Assembly: GCA_013416795.1 (NCBI GenBank)
Contig: RQSC01000024.1
Span: 40,838-104,837, forward strand
Origin: Prasinococcaceae sp. CCMP 1430
Lineage: Eukaryota > Plantae > Prasinodermophyta
Length of the DNA: 64,000 nucleotides
Direction: 5' to 3'
A model generated the notes under the pieces. That model was not told the origin of the DNA and ran no database searches. It was given only the letters and a program-made list of their open reading frames with translations. Below, piece after piece: positions 30,033 to 39,257 of this stretch; position 1 is the first letter of the stretch, and the number at the start of each line of letters is the position of its first letter. The translations under genes were made by a program, and so were the position numbers.

Positions 30033-32729
30033 ATGAATGCCTCAGGAAACGACGGCAGCAAGAGCGATGCAAGAGAGCTGCCGCCCGCCGGCGAGCGCGT
30101 CGGCGTCGTCGTACGCGTGCGGCCGCTTCTCGGCGCCGAGGCGCACCGCGAGCCGGCCGTGCGCGTCGATCCAGAGGACACGCGGAGCGTGCAGGTGCTC
30201 ACGACGGTGGCGGATTCATCGGCAGCGGAGACACCGACGAGCGGGAACATGTACGGCACCATCAGTGCCAAGGCCGGAGCACGCGCCTTTCGCTTCGACG
30301 CGTGCCTCGGCGGCCAGGCTTCGCAGGACGAGATGTACGCGGCGTGCGAGATGAGCGCGCTTGTCCGCGCCGCGCTGGATGGATATCAGGTGACGGTCTT
30401 CGCTTTCGGACAGACAGGCGCAGCCAAGACCTACACCATTTCCGGGCCCGTGGAGCGCAAAGGCCGGCTGCACAGCGACGACTCGATCGGGCTCGTCGCG
30501 CGCGCACTGCGCGAGACGTACAGCGAGATGCGTCGCGAGGAGGGGAAGGGAAGGGTGCGCTTCTCGCCGCGCGCGACCTTCTCAGAGATCTACAACGAGG
30601 AGTGCACAGACCTGCTGGCGCGCGAAAGAAGGAAGGGCCAGCGCCTGGCGATGCGCCACCATCCGCACCATGGTTTCTACCTGGAGGGCCTGACGGAGGT
30701 CGAGTGCCACGACGAGCGCGAGGCGATCAACGTCCACGAGACTGGGCTCGCGAAGCGGCGGACGGGCAGCCATTTGCTGAACGCGACGTCCACGCGCTCG
30801 CACTGCCTCCTCACGCTGCACCTCGACGCTGCACCGACTGAGGGCAACGCTCGCGACGTGCAGGACGTCGATGAAGAGGCCGCGTCTAAGGAGGGGCTCA
30901 AGCGCTTCGGTAGGATATGCTTCGTCGATCTGGCGGGCAGCGAGCGCCTCAAGGAGACCCGCAGCACCGCTGCGAGGGAGACGGGCCACATCAACAAGAG
31001 CCTTTTCGCGCTCGGAAAATGCCTGGCTGCCCTCAGCAGCCGCACCAACAGTGGCTCGGGCGGGTCAAACTTCGTGCCATTTCGCGAATCCAAGCTCACG
31101 CAGCTGCTGATTGACTCGCTGCGGGGGCGCGGGCGAGCGCTCATGATTGCGTGCTGCTCGCCCTCGCAAGCGCACGTCGACGAGACGTACAATACGCTGC
31201 ACTTCGCGTCGCTCGCGCTTCACATCAAGTCGAAGCCTGTCGTCATCCTCGATCCCAGCGACAAGCTCCTTCTGGAGCTGCGCTCGACGATCAATACGCT
31301 GCGCTCTGAGAATAGGCAGCTGCACACCCAGCTCGAGGACCTGCGCCTGCGCGGGCCGCCTCCGGGGAGGCCACAGAGTACGGACGGAGGAGCGGCCCTG
31401 CATGCTGAGCTCAAAAAGAAGGAGACAAACACCACGCTGCGAGGGGGGCCTTCGCGTCCGGCGTGGAGGCCGTCAGCCCCCGCGACTTCGGCCGCTGACT
31501 CGCGCTTGACGGGAGTGTCGCCGATGCGCCGCGAGCCGCCAGCAACGCGCAGAGTGAAGCAGCTGGCTCCCGATCGCGCGTCTGTGACCAACGCTGGACC
31601 GCAACGCAAGACGAAGAAGGAAAAAAGCATCAGGGGAACCAAGCCGAAGCGCCCGGCTAGCGCGGGCAATGGCAGCGTGTCTCGTGCGGCGGCGGCACCT
31701 TCGCCGTACGCGCAAGGGCCGCGGGAGATGCGGCACACGCCGGTTGCGGCGCGCACAGCGTGGGGGGTGGAGGACACGCACGGGCTGGATGGGAGACTGG
31801 CTCGAATTTCTCGTGAGAATGGCCTGGATCGCAACACGCGGACATCGGCGGCGCCCACGGGCACCTCTACCCACCAGCCTGAGCTCAAGCAGAGCCCCCG
31901 GCGAGGCGCCGGCGCGGGCCCGGGCGCGGGCTCTGGCCAAGCAGGACAGTCATTTCCTACGCTCGATGCGTTGGAGGAGCAGTTTCAGCGGAGGCTGGCC
32001 GAGGCGCGCGCCGTGCGCACCGGGCAGGCTACCGGCGTCACTGCATCGCCATCCCCGGAGAACGCCGAGCCCACCAGCGTGCAGACGCAGCCGTCGCCCG
32101 CGCCCAAGCCACCTGAGCTTGAGCCGGTGCTTAGGCCAGAGCAGCGCGCGCTCGAATGGGCCGCGCGAAATCCGTGGTTCGGAGCCGAGGTCGACATGAC
32201 GGCTTTGGCGTACGAGACCCACGACAGGCTGGTAGCAGCTGGCGTGGACACCTCGTCGGAGGAGTACTACCGGGCCATCGAGAGAGACGTGGAGGGAAAG
32301 TTCCCTGACCGCTTCCACACGCTGCCAAAGGCACGGCGCCAAAACGTTGCTGCGCACTCAAAGGCCGAGGACGACTTCCGGGAGCTGTCGCGCACGCTTC
32401 GCTCGGGCCCAGCCGGCGGGATGGCGGCCATGGCGCGCGCGAGGACGAGCGTGCCGAACTCGCCGGGAGGCGGCGAGCCTTCGATTCAGTTGTCGCTCGA
32501 AATGCTGAGCGAATACCCGTCGGCCGCCCAGCTGGCGCACCAGGCAGTGATGGGCAAGTCCACGCCCGAAGATCACAGCGCCGCCGTCGTTGCGGCCAAG
32601 GCGTCGCACAGCGAGTACGTGGCCAAGCGCGAGGGGATCGTTCGAGAGCTGCGGAAGGCCAAGGAGGACGCCGAAGTCGAGCGTGCCAAGATAATGGCTG
32701 ACATCCGCCAAACGCTGCGAAACCTCTGA
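30033..32729 (+). CDS. Kinesin-family protein (N-terminal motor domain, KIF12-like features)
   Basis: VVVRVRP, FRFDACL, FSEIYNE, HLLNATSTRSH, FVDLAGSER, HINKSLFALG, VPFRESKLTQLL. The P-loop reads GQTGAAKT. Confidence 0.92.
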   Translation: MNASGNDGSKSDARELPPAGERVGVVVRVRPLLGAEAHREPAVRVDPEDTRSVQVLTTVADSSAAETPTSGNMYGTISAKAGARAFRFDACLGGQASQDEMYAACEMSALVRAALDGYQVTVFAFGQTGAAKTYTISGPVERKGRLHSDDSIGLVARALRETYSEMRREEGKGRVRFSPRATFSEIYNEECTDLLARERRKGQRLAMRHHPHHGFYLEGLTEVECHDEREAINVHETGLAKRRTGSHLLNATSTRSHCLLTLHLDAAPTEGNARDVQDVDEEAASKEGLKRFGRICFVDLAGSERLKETRSTAARETGHINKSLFALGKCLAALSSRTNSGSGGSNFVPFRESKLTQLLIDSLRGRGRALMIACCSPSQAHVDETYNTLHFASLALHIKSKPVVILDPSDKLLLELRSTINTLRSENRQLHTQLEDLRLRGPPPGRPQSTDGGAALHAELKKKETNTTLRGGPSRPAWRPSAPATSAADSRLTGVSPMRREPPATRRVKQLAPDRASVTNAGPQRKTKKEKSIRGTKPKRPASAGNGSVSRAAAAPSPYAQGPREMRHTPVAARTAWGVEDTHGLDGRLARISRENGLDRNTRTSAAPTGTSTHQPELKQSPRRGAGAGPGAGSGQAGQSFPTLDALEEQFQRRLAEARAVRTGQATGVTASPSPENAEPTSVQTQPSPAPKPPELEPVLRPEQRALEWAARNPWFGAEVDMTALAYETHDRLVAAGVDTSSEEYYRAIERDVEGKFPDRFHTLPKARRQNVAAHSKAEDDFRELSRTLRSGPAGGMAAMARARTSVPNSPGGGEPSIQLSLEMLSEYPSAAQLAHQAVMGKSTPEDHSAAVVAAKASHSEYVAKREGIVRELRKAKEDAEVERAKIMADIRQTLRNL

Positions 32730-32768
32730 CCGCCCTGCCGGTGCTCCGCTCTTCTCGGCAACACCACC

Positions 32769-32773
32769 TGTAA
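32769..32773 (+). terminator. TGTAA candidate polyadenylation signal (kinesin)
   Basis: 40 nt after the kinesin stop. Confidence 0.5.
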
Positions 32774-32829
32774 AACATGCTAATAATCTCCGAAGCGGCG
32801 CCACGCGTGCGCGCCACACAGCCTTTGAG

Positions 32830-34503
32830 CTACTTCTTGTGTTTTTTATAGCGCATGTACGCATCGCGGCCCGTATACTCCTGTCCGTTTTCTACCCAGG
32901 TGCGTTGCCCGTCTGTGGTTATCCACCCAACGTGCTCGCTGCCCCGTGAGCCCCAGCCGCCGCTGCCGGCCAACTGCTCCTGCTCGGACGACTTTTGCTT
33001 GCCTTTGCTGTCAACCTTGTTGGCAAATTGGTTGAAGTAGTCCATAACTCGCCGCTTCTCCAGCTGATTCCGCGGCTTCGGAAGGTCCTCCACGGGAACG
33101 AAGTTGGTGAGGCGGGCGCGCCAAATCTTCTCCTGCTCTGACATCTCGTCGGGGGCGGTAGGGAAGCTGGCGCCGCCCGAGGCGAACAAGCCCATGGATC
33201 GGCCCGCCTGGTGCGACCGTTGCGCAGCATTGTTGATGCGAAAGTCGTCGTCGTCTCCTGAAGACAGCTCCTCGATGTCGTCGCGCTGGTGGGGAGCCGC
33301 GGCGTCTGGGGCGTCCATCCATGCAAAACCATCTTCCTCGTCGTGCTCCAAGCCGTCATCCACACCGGCGGCGCCTTCGCCAGTGTCGCGACCACCGTAG
33401 TCCCTGCCGTCCTCCTCCTCGCTCGCGTATTCGCTCCCGCTGTTGTCATCACTGGAAATGATGACGGTGTCGTGCCACTGCCCCCAACGCTCCGCAGACA
33501 CCGCTTTCGCTCGCGTGCGATCCTTGGCTTGCGCGAACGGCCCGGCGAGCTGCATCTGCGTGGGCGGGGGCTTCGCTGGCTCTGCGCGTCGCAGCGGCGG
33601 GGCGGTCGTGCCAGAGATGGCGCGACTATCGTGCGATCTCAGCGCAAGCTTGGGATCCAGGAGAGCGGCATCGTCGGAGTCCATGTCGGAGTCCAAGGCC
33701 ACGTGCTTATCTCGCTCGTCGTTGTCTCTTTCAATTTTGCGCGCGCCGGACCGACGTTTTGTCGCGATATTGGCCCGGACCTCTTGGCGCAGCTGCGCCA
33801 TCACATTCTTGGCGAGGAACTGGCTACCACCACGGTGATTCTCGTCCTCACCGCCGCCTTCGTCGCCCTGCTGCCGTCCATGACCGCCGGAGTCATCCTC
33901 GCTGTCACTGTCCAAGCAAAAGACGCTGGACCGTCGGCGGCGGCCCGACGTGCCGGGGGCGCTGCCGCCGTTGCCATTGGCGCCCTGCTGCAGCACCTCT
34001 GCGGCTGATGAGAAGCCGCCACCGAACGCACGCGGCGCTTGGTCGTGACCAGCAGGCGCGCCATCTGCCCCCGCGCGCGCGCCAGACCCTTGAGCCATCA
34101 TGCCGCTGTCGGGATGAGAGACTGTCTGTGACCTACCCCCCGGCACATTTCGTCGTCGACGTCTTCGTCGCCGCGCACTGCCGCCGAAGTCCTCGTCCTC
34201 GCTGCTGGGTTCGCTGTCCAATACTCTGTCTACGTCGCCCGCAGGCCCCTCGCCCTGCTGAGGCGGAGCTCGCGCCGCGGAGGCTCCATGCGACGGAGGG
34301 CGGCGAGCCGGGGACGACGGCTCCGGCGGCGAAGGCGGTTCCTCTGCTGGCGCGAGCTCGGCGCCCACCAATTCCGCTGGCAGACGCGTCTCCGCGCGCG
34401 GCGTCCGGTGAGGCGGCGAGGGCGTGCACCCAAGCAGGTCGAAGTCGCCCTGCTCGTCGTCTTCGCCGAGTAAATCGAAGTCGCCCTGTGATCCCGAGTC
34501 CAT
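32830..34503 (-). CDS. Hypothetical protein, acidic and disordered, with compact C-terminal domain (may extend further 5')
   Basis: First ATG at 34503; frame open to 34926. C-terminal WRARLTNFVPV...MDYFNQF...WITTDGQRTW...YTGRDAYMRYKK looks like a folded conserved module. Confidence 0.7.
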   Translation of the reverse strand: MDSGSQGDFDLLGEDDEQGDFDLLGCTPSPPHRTPRAETRLPAELVGAELAPAEEPPSPPEPSSPARRPPSHGASAARAPPQQGEGPAGDVDRVLDSEPSSEDEDFGGSARRRRRRRRNVPGGRSQTVSHPDSGMMAQGSGARAGADGAPAGHDQAPRAFGGGFSSAAEVLQQGANGNGGSAPGTSGRRRRSSVFCLDSDSEDDSGGHGRQQGDEGGGEDENHRGGSQFLAKNVMAQLRQEVRANIATKRRSGARKIERDNDERDKHVALDSDMDSDDAALLDPKLALRSHDSRAISGTTAPPLRRAEPAKPPPTQMQLAGPFAQAKDRTRAKAVSAERWGQWHDTVIISSDDNSGSEYASEEEDGRDYGGRDTGEGAAGVDDGLEHDEEDGFAWMDAPDAAAPHQRDDIEELSSGDDDDFRINNAAQRSHQAGRSMGLFASGGASFPTAPDEMSEQEKIWRARLTNFVPVEDLPKPRNQLEKRRVMDYFNQFANKVDSKGKQKSSEQEQLAGSGGWGSRGSEHVGWITTDGQRTWVENGQEYTGRDAYMRYKKHKK

Positions 34504-34544
34504 GAAGTCCTTGCTCACCCCCACGCGACCCCAGACGCCCTGTT

Positions 34545-35436
34545 GTGCGCTCTCGGGGCCGTGGCCTCCCACCAGCTGGTGCGCTGGTTGCGGCTGTTGC
34601 GGCTGCAGCTGCTCATGTGTTTCTTGCGGCGCTTGTTGCGGCTGCTGCCCATGGCGATGCCGCGGCGGCTCCTGCCGCTGAGGAGCCGACGGCGCATTCG
34701 TTGGCTCGCTGCTGGTCTGGCTGCCCAGCAGCGCGGCGGCGGCGGCGGCGGCGTTCTCGGCTCGCCGGGCGGACAGGCTCAGCCTCGACCTGCGCCGCCG
34801 CGCTCCGCACGCAGGTGACGCCGGCGACCGCTCCTTCTCGGATTGGCACGCTGCGGTGGGAGGGGTTGGGCGGGCAGGACGAGGTGCAGCGCTTCTCCAC
34901 CGCCGCAGTGCTTCGCGCGACGCCAATGCCCACTGGCAAGGGGGATGGAGGCGCGTACGAGGCCACTGTGGGCGGGGGGATCGGTATGGGCGCAGATAGC
35001 AGGCGGTTCTCCCCGTGGGAGGTCTCGCTCACACTATACCAATGTGGCGGCGAGCGCGGCCGTGATACGCCACTCGCGCGCTGCGTCCTCGACGCGACGG
35101 CATACATCGGCGCCGAGGCCGAGCACGTCACGTTGGCAATGGTCGAGTGCGGCGGGAAGCGCGGAGGCGGCGCCCGTGACGCGGCCGCACGATACTCGCT
35201 CAGTGCGACGGTGCAGACGACGCTCGCACGCGCCGAGAGCGAGTCAAGCGCCTCCGAAGAAGAGCAGCTCGTGCTGGCGCCGGCGTCGTCGACCGATCCT
35301 ACCCCAGCGATGGCAGAGCCCGCGCCCGAGCTGGCGCCCCGCGCGCACAACGGCGGCGGACGCACGTGGTGGGGCATGAGGAGGAAGCGAGCTGCGCACG
35401 CGCGCTCGATGTCAGCTGGCTCAAGCGTATCCATCC
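34545..35436 (+). CDS. NT-C2 (EEIG1/EHBP1 N-terminal)-like domain ORF, interrupted by single N at 35437
   Basis: W...RRRR...GRT, TLRWEG...RFSTAAVL, FSPWEVSLTLY, LARCVLDATAY fit the NT-C2 strand pattern. The start codon is not identifiable. Confidence 0.5.
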
Positions 35437-35437
35437 N
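35437..35437. other. Single-N assembly gap
   Basis: One N; the coding frame shifts across it. Confidence 0.95.
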
Positions 35438-36771
35438 CGCTCGCGCAATGGCGAGGCCACGCCGCCGCCGCCGCCGGCGCCCCCGCTCCGCGGTCGTCCC
35501 TGGCGCGCTGGGCGGCCTTTCTGAGCATCCCGGCGGGGGCCGCTGCCGTCGGCCTCGGAACCAACTACGTGGGCGTGCAGATGCTGTTCGCACCGCTCGA
35601 GTTCGCGGGCGTCGAGCTGTGGCGCGAGCGAGGCTCGCCGTACGGGGCATTTGGCTGGCAGGGCGTCGTGCCCGCGCGCGCGGAGCGCATGGCGGAGCGG
35701 CTGACGCGCGTGGTGTCCGAGCAGCTCCTGTCCCTCGAGGAGGCCTTCGCAAACATCGAGAGCGCCGCGCTCGCAGCGCTGCTCGCGCCGACGGTCGAGG
35801 ACGCCATCCGTAGGCACGCAGAAAATGGCGACGCGTGGGCACGGTTGCTGCGCGGGCCACTGCTCAGAAAGGCGCTCCGGGACGTCGTCGACGCACTGAA
35901 GGACGACATCAGCACGGTCCTTGACCTCGACGAGGTCGTGCGCAGCGCGTTCGTGCGCGACGTGCGCGTGCTCGTTGAGCTCTTTCAGAAGGTAGGGTCG
36001 GCGGAGCTGTCATTCCTGGTCAACTCTGGCGCATTTTTTGGCTTCGCGTTGGGAGTGGCGCAGGGGGCGTGCTGGCGCGCGTACCCGCACGCGTGGACTC
36101 TGCCGGTGGCGGGCGCGGTCGTAGGCTACGTGACCAACTTGGTCGCCATCACGCTGCTGTTCGACCCGGCAGAGCCCATCGACTGCTGCGGCCTCTTCGA
36201 GGTGCAGGCCATGTTCTCCAAGCGGCAGCCCGAGGTGTCGATGGCGTTCTCAGACTTCCTCAGCGAGCGCGTGCTGACGTCGCCGCGACTCATCGCGGAG
36301 CTCAGTTCTGGCAACTTCAGGCGGGAGTTCGAGGCGTTGCTGCGCAGGACGGTGCCGGCGCTCGTGCCTGACTCGGTCGTCAATGCGGCCGCCATGGGGC
36401 TGCAGGAGCTCGCCACGGAGTCGCGCCAGCACGCCACGCACGCGTACCTGGCGGAGCAGCTCGCATTGCGCGACACGCTGTGTGTGCGGCTCATGGCGCT
36501 GCCTCCCAAGGCCTTCGAGGAATTGCTCCACCCCGTCTTCCAGGAAGACGAGATTATCCTCATCGTGGTGGGCGGCGTGCTTGGTGCGCTCGTGGGCCTC
36601 GCCCAGATGCGATTCGGGGTCGGCTCAGCATCCGCGCCTGTCATCGCGAGGGCAGCCGCAAGCCTTGCCACCAGGGGCGCGAAGGGCACAAGGGGCAACC
36701 CCATGCTGGCCGCGGCAGCCAAGCCGGTGGCAGCTGGCGCCCGCAGCACGAGCGGGGGTCACACGAGATAG
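35438..36771 (+). CDS. DUF445-family membrane protein
   Basis: Frame open from the N: WAAFLSIPAGAAAVGLGTNYVGVQMLFAP, GWQGVVPARA, GYVTNLVAITLLFDP, FQEDEIILIVVGGVLGALVG. Confidence 0.85.
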
Positions 36772-36942
36772 ACCCAAGTGGCCCGGTCCAATTATTATGC
36801 GTGTGGCGCGGCGGCCCGGTTCGACACTCTCTCTCTCCGCGTGGGCGCCTCTGTTGTAACATACGTGCATGCATCCCGGCCGCGGGCGGCTCCCGCCCAC
36901 CCCGCGCCGCCGCCGCCGGCGCGCCGCTCCTCGCCGCCTCGG

Positions 36943-37013
36943 NNNNNNNNNNNNNNNNNNNNNNNNNNNNNNNNNNNNNNNNNNNNNNNNNNNNNNNNNN
37001 NNNNNNNNNNNNN
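36943..37013. other. Assembly gap (71 N)
   Basis: N run flanked by extreme GC. Confidence 0.99.
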
Positions 37014-37083
37014 GGCGCGGGCCGACGCGCAGGAGGGGGTCGGGGCCGCGGCGCGTGGCCGGGGGAGGGGCGCGGGGCGCGGG

Positions 37084-39012
37084 ATGGACGCCGCCGTGGC
37101 CGGGGCTGCAGAGCGCAGGCGGAACGCCGTATCCACGGCGCTCGATGAGGTGCCCACCAACGGCAATTTCGGCGTGCCCCTCGCTGGGAGCGCCGCAGCG
37201 AAGGGCGCGCCTGCCGCGGCGGCGAAAGGGGCGAGCGGGAACAGGGCGCAGCCGCCTCCGCGGCCGACGGCGGGAGACGGGGGGCGAGCCTTACCAGGCG
37301 CGCAATCCCAGCCCGCGCCGCAGCGAGCAGCGCCAGCGACTGCGCCCCTGGCGCAGTCGCAGCCTGCCCCGGCGCGCCAGGCGTCGCAGGCGGAGCTCGC
37401 TGGAGGGTGGGGGCCAGACATGGCGTTCAATGGGGCGGGCACCTCGGGCGCCGCAGGTGCGCAGCGTGGCGCTGCTGCGCAGCCTGCACCCGACACCGCC
37501 GAGGAGCTCGCTGAACTGGATCGCGAGTGGGCAGAGGTTCGCGTGATCACCGCGTCACAGCAGGAGGCCCTGGACGCGCCGACGACGGGTGACACGTTCG
37601 AGGAGTCCCCGGCCTACGAGTCGCTCCTGCACCTGCCACCTACAGAAACGCAGCGGCAACAAGAAGGCGCTCAGACCGAGCCACCGGAGCAGCAGCAGCA
37701 CAACCGCCACCAGTTGGAGCAAGCTCCTCCCGAGAGCGAGAGGGCGGTCGCGGTGCAGGGGGTGCCGCCGGCGGCTGAAGCTCCCTTGCAGACGCAACCG
37801 GAGGAGGCCAGGCAGCCGGCGCTATTCGAGGCAGAGGACTCGGACGACAACAGCGACTTCAGTGATGCCGTAGAGGAGTTGGCGCGACCGCGGTCCATGT
37901 CGCGCAGCCCAGACTTGCGCGGGCCCGGGCTCGCCCTGCCTGAGGAGACGCCGGTCCGAGAGAGGCAGCGACAGTTCACGCCTGCCTCGCGCGGCTCAGA
38001 TGAGCCGGAAAGGTGGCGGGCGGTGCCATCCCAGGCGAGGGCGAGCGAGGACGGCCGTAGCGACATGTTCCTGACGCAGCGCCCGGCTACGCAGGCGCCC
38101 GCGGGTTCGCAAGCCGACCCGATGGCCCAAGCGACGCAGCAGCCCACGCCCATGCTAATGACACAGGCGCCGCAGGTTCCGCCGGCGACCGATCCTCAGC
38201 AGCCAGCGCAGGAGCCAACGCAAGCCACGCCCGTGCTTGCGACGCAGGCACCTCGCCGCAGCTCGGGCGCGCCGGCCCCAACGAATGAGGCGGCCCTCCC
38301 CGGTGCCGCGGAGAAGGAAGAAGAAGGGGGTGCGCCGCGCCGCGGCTTCGTGGTCGACACGCCGGCGAGCGAGGCGCCGCCGATAAAAGTGACCCTTCCG
38401 GCATCGATCCCGGAGACACAGCAGGATGCCTTCGGCGACGGCGGCGGTGGTGGTGAAGACCAGGGAACCGCGCAGCAGCAGCAGGAGGAGGAGGAGCAGA
38501 GAGAGCAGCAGCAGCAGCCGCAGCAGCAGGATCAGAGCACGGAGAGTGGCGAGCAGGACGCCGAGCTTCGGGAGCGTGTGCACCGGTCCGTCCCCCCCAA
38601 GAAGCGCATCCGCTCGGGCGCCGGTGCGGTGCCCACGCCAACCGGAGCGCAGCCTGCATCAGAAGTGCCATCCGCAGCGGCGCGGGCGCCGGAACGCGGC
38701 GGCGGCGCGGGGCCATCAGATCCGCCGGCCAAGCAGCGAAAGGTGGCAGTGCCGACCACTGCGGTGCCACCATCGGCTACCGCGAAGGGCAAGGCGCAGG
38801 TGCGCGACAAGGAGGCGATGCCCGCCGTGGTCTCGGGGCGGAAGGCGGCGCCGAAGAACAAGAAGAAGGCTTCCGGGAAGTCGCGTGTGCCGGCAAAGGC
38901 CCCCTCTGCGCATGAGCTGCGCATGAAGAGAGCGGCAGACAGGGCGCTCGAGCTCGCGCTGCGCAGGATCCAGGAGCAGGCTGGGATCCCGGCAACGCAG
39001 GAGACCCAGTGA
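37084..39012 (+). CDS. Disordered SQ/TQ-rich hypothetical protein
   Basis: ATG at 37084 just after the gap; low complexity; 11 TQ and 6 SQ dipeptides counted; basic NLS-like KKRIR and KKKASGK. Confidence 0.75.
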   Translation: MDAAVAGAAERRRNAVSTALDEVPTNGNFGVPLAGSAAAKGAPAAAAKGASGNRAQPPPRPTAGDGGRALPGAQSQPAPQRAAPATAPLAQSQPAPARQASQAELAGGWGPDMAFNGAGTSGAAGAQRGAAAQPAPDTAEELAELDREWAEVRVITASQQEALDAPTTGDTFEESPAYESLLHLPPTETQRQQEGAQTEPPEQQQHNRHQLEQAPPESERAVAVQGVPPAAEAPLQTQPEEARQPALFEAEDSDDNSDFSDAVEELARPRSMSRSPDLRGPGLALPEETPVRERQRQFTPASRGSDEPERWRAVPSQARASEDGRSDMFLTQRPATQAPAGSQADPMAQATQQPTPMLMTQAPQVPPATDPQQPAQEPTQATPVLATQAPRRSSGAPAPTNEAALPGAAEKEEEGGAPRRGFVVDTPASEAPPIKVTLPASIPETQQDAFGDGGGGGEDQGTAQQQQEEEEQREQQQQPQQQDQSTESGEQDAELRERVHRSVPPKKRIRSGAGAVPTPTGAQPASEVPSAAARAPERGGGAGPSDPPAKQRKVAVPTTAVPPSATAKGKAQVRDKEAMPAVVSGRKAAPKNKKKASGKSRVPAKAPSAHELRMKRAADRALELALRRIQEQAGIPATQETQ

Positions 39013-39257
39013 GCGTCGAGCGCGCGCGCTACCCTAGCTGCGGCTACATGTTCCAGACCAAAGAGAACGCATTGGCACTCCTTCGCGCACTGTCCAGCGC
39101 GCCTTGACGCGCGCAGAATAGGTGGCGTGTCTGTCCCGCGACTCCTTGCATCGCTCTTGTCGGGCGCAGCAGGAGTGGCGGCGGCGAGCGCAGGCCGTCC
39201 GCGCGAAACACAAAGCCGCGACGAAGTGTGCCATGGCCACCATACACTCCTGTCGCG

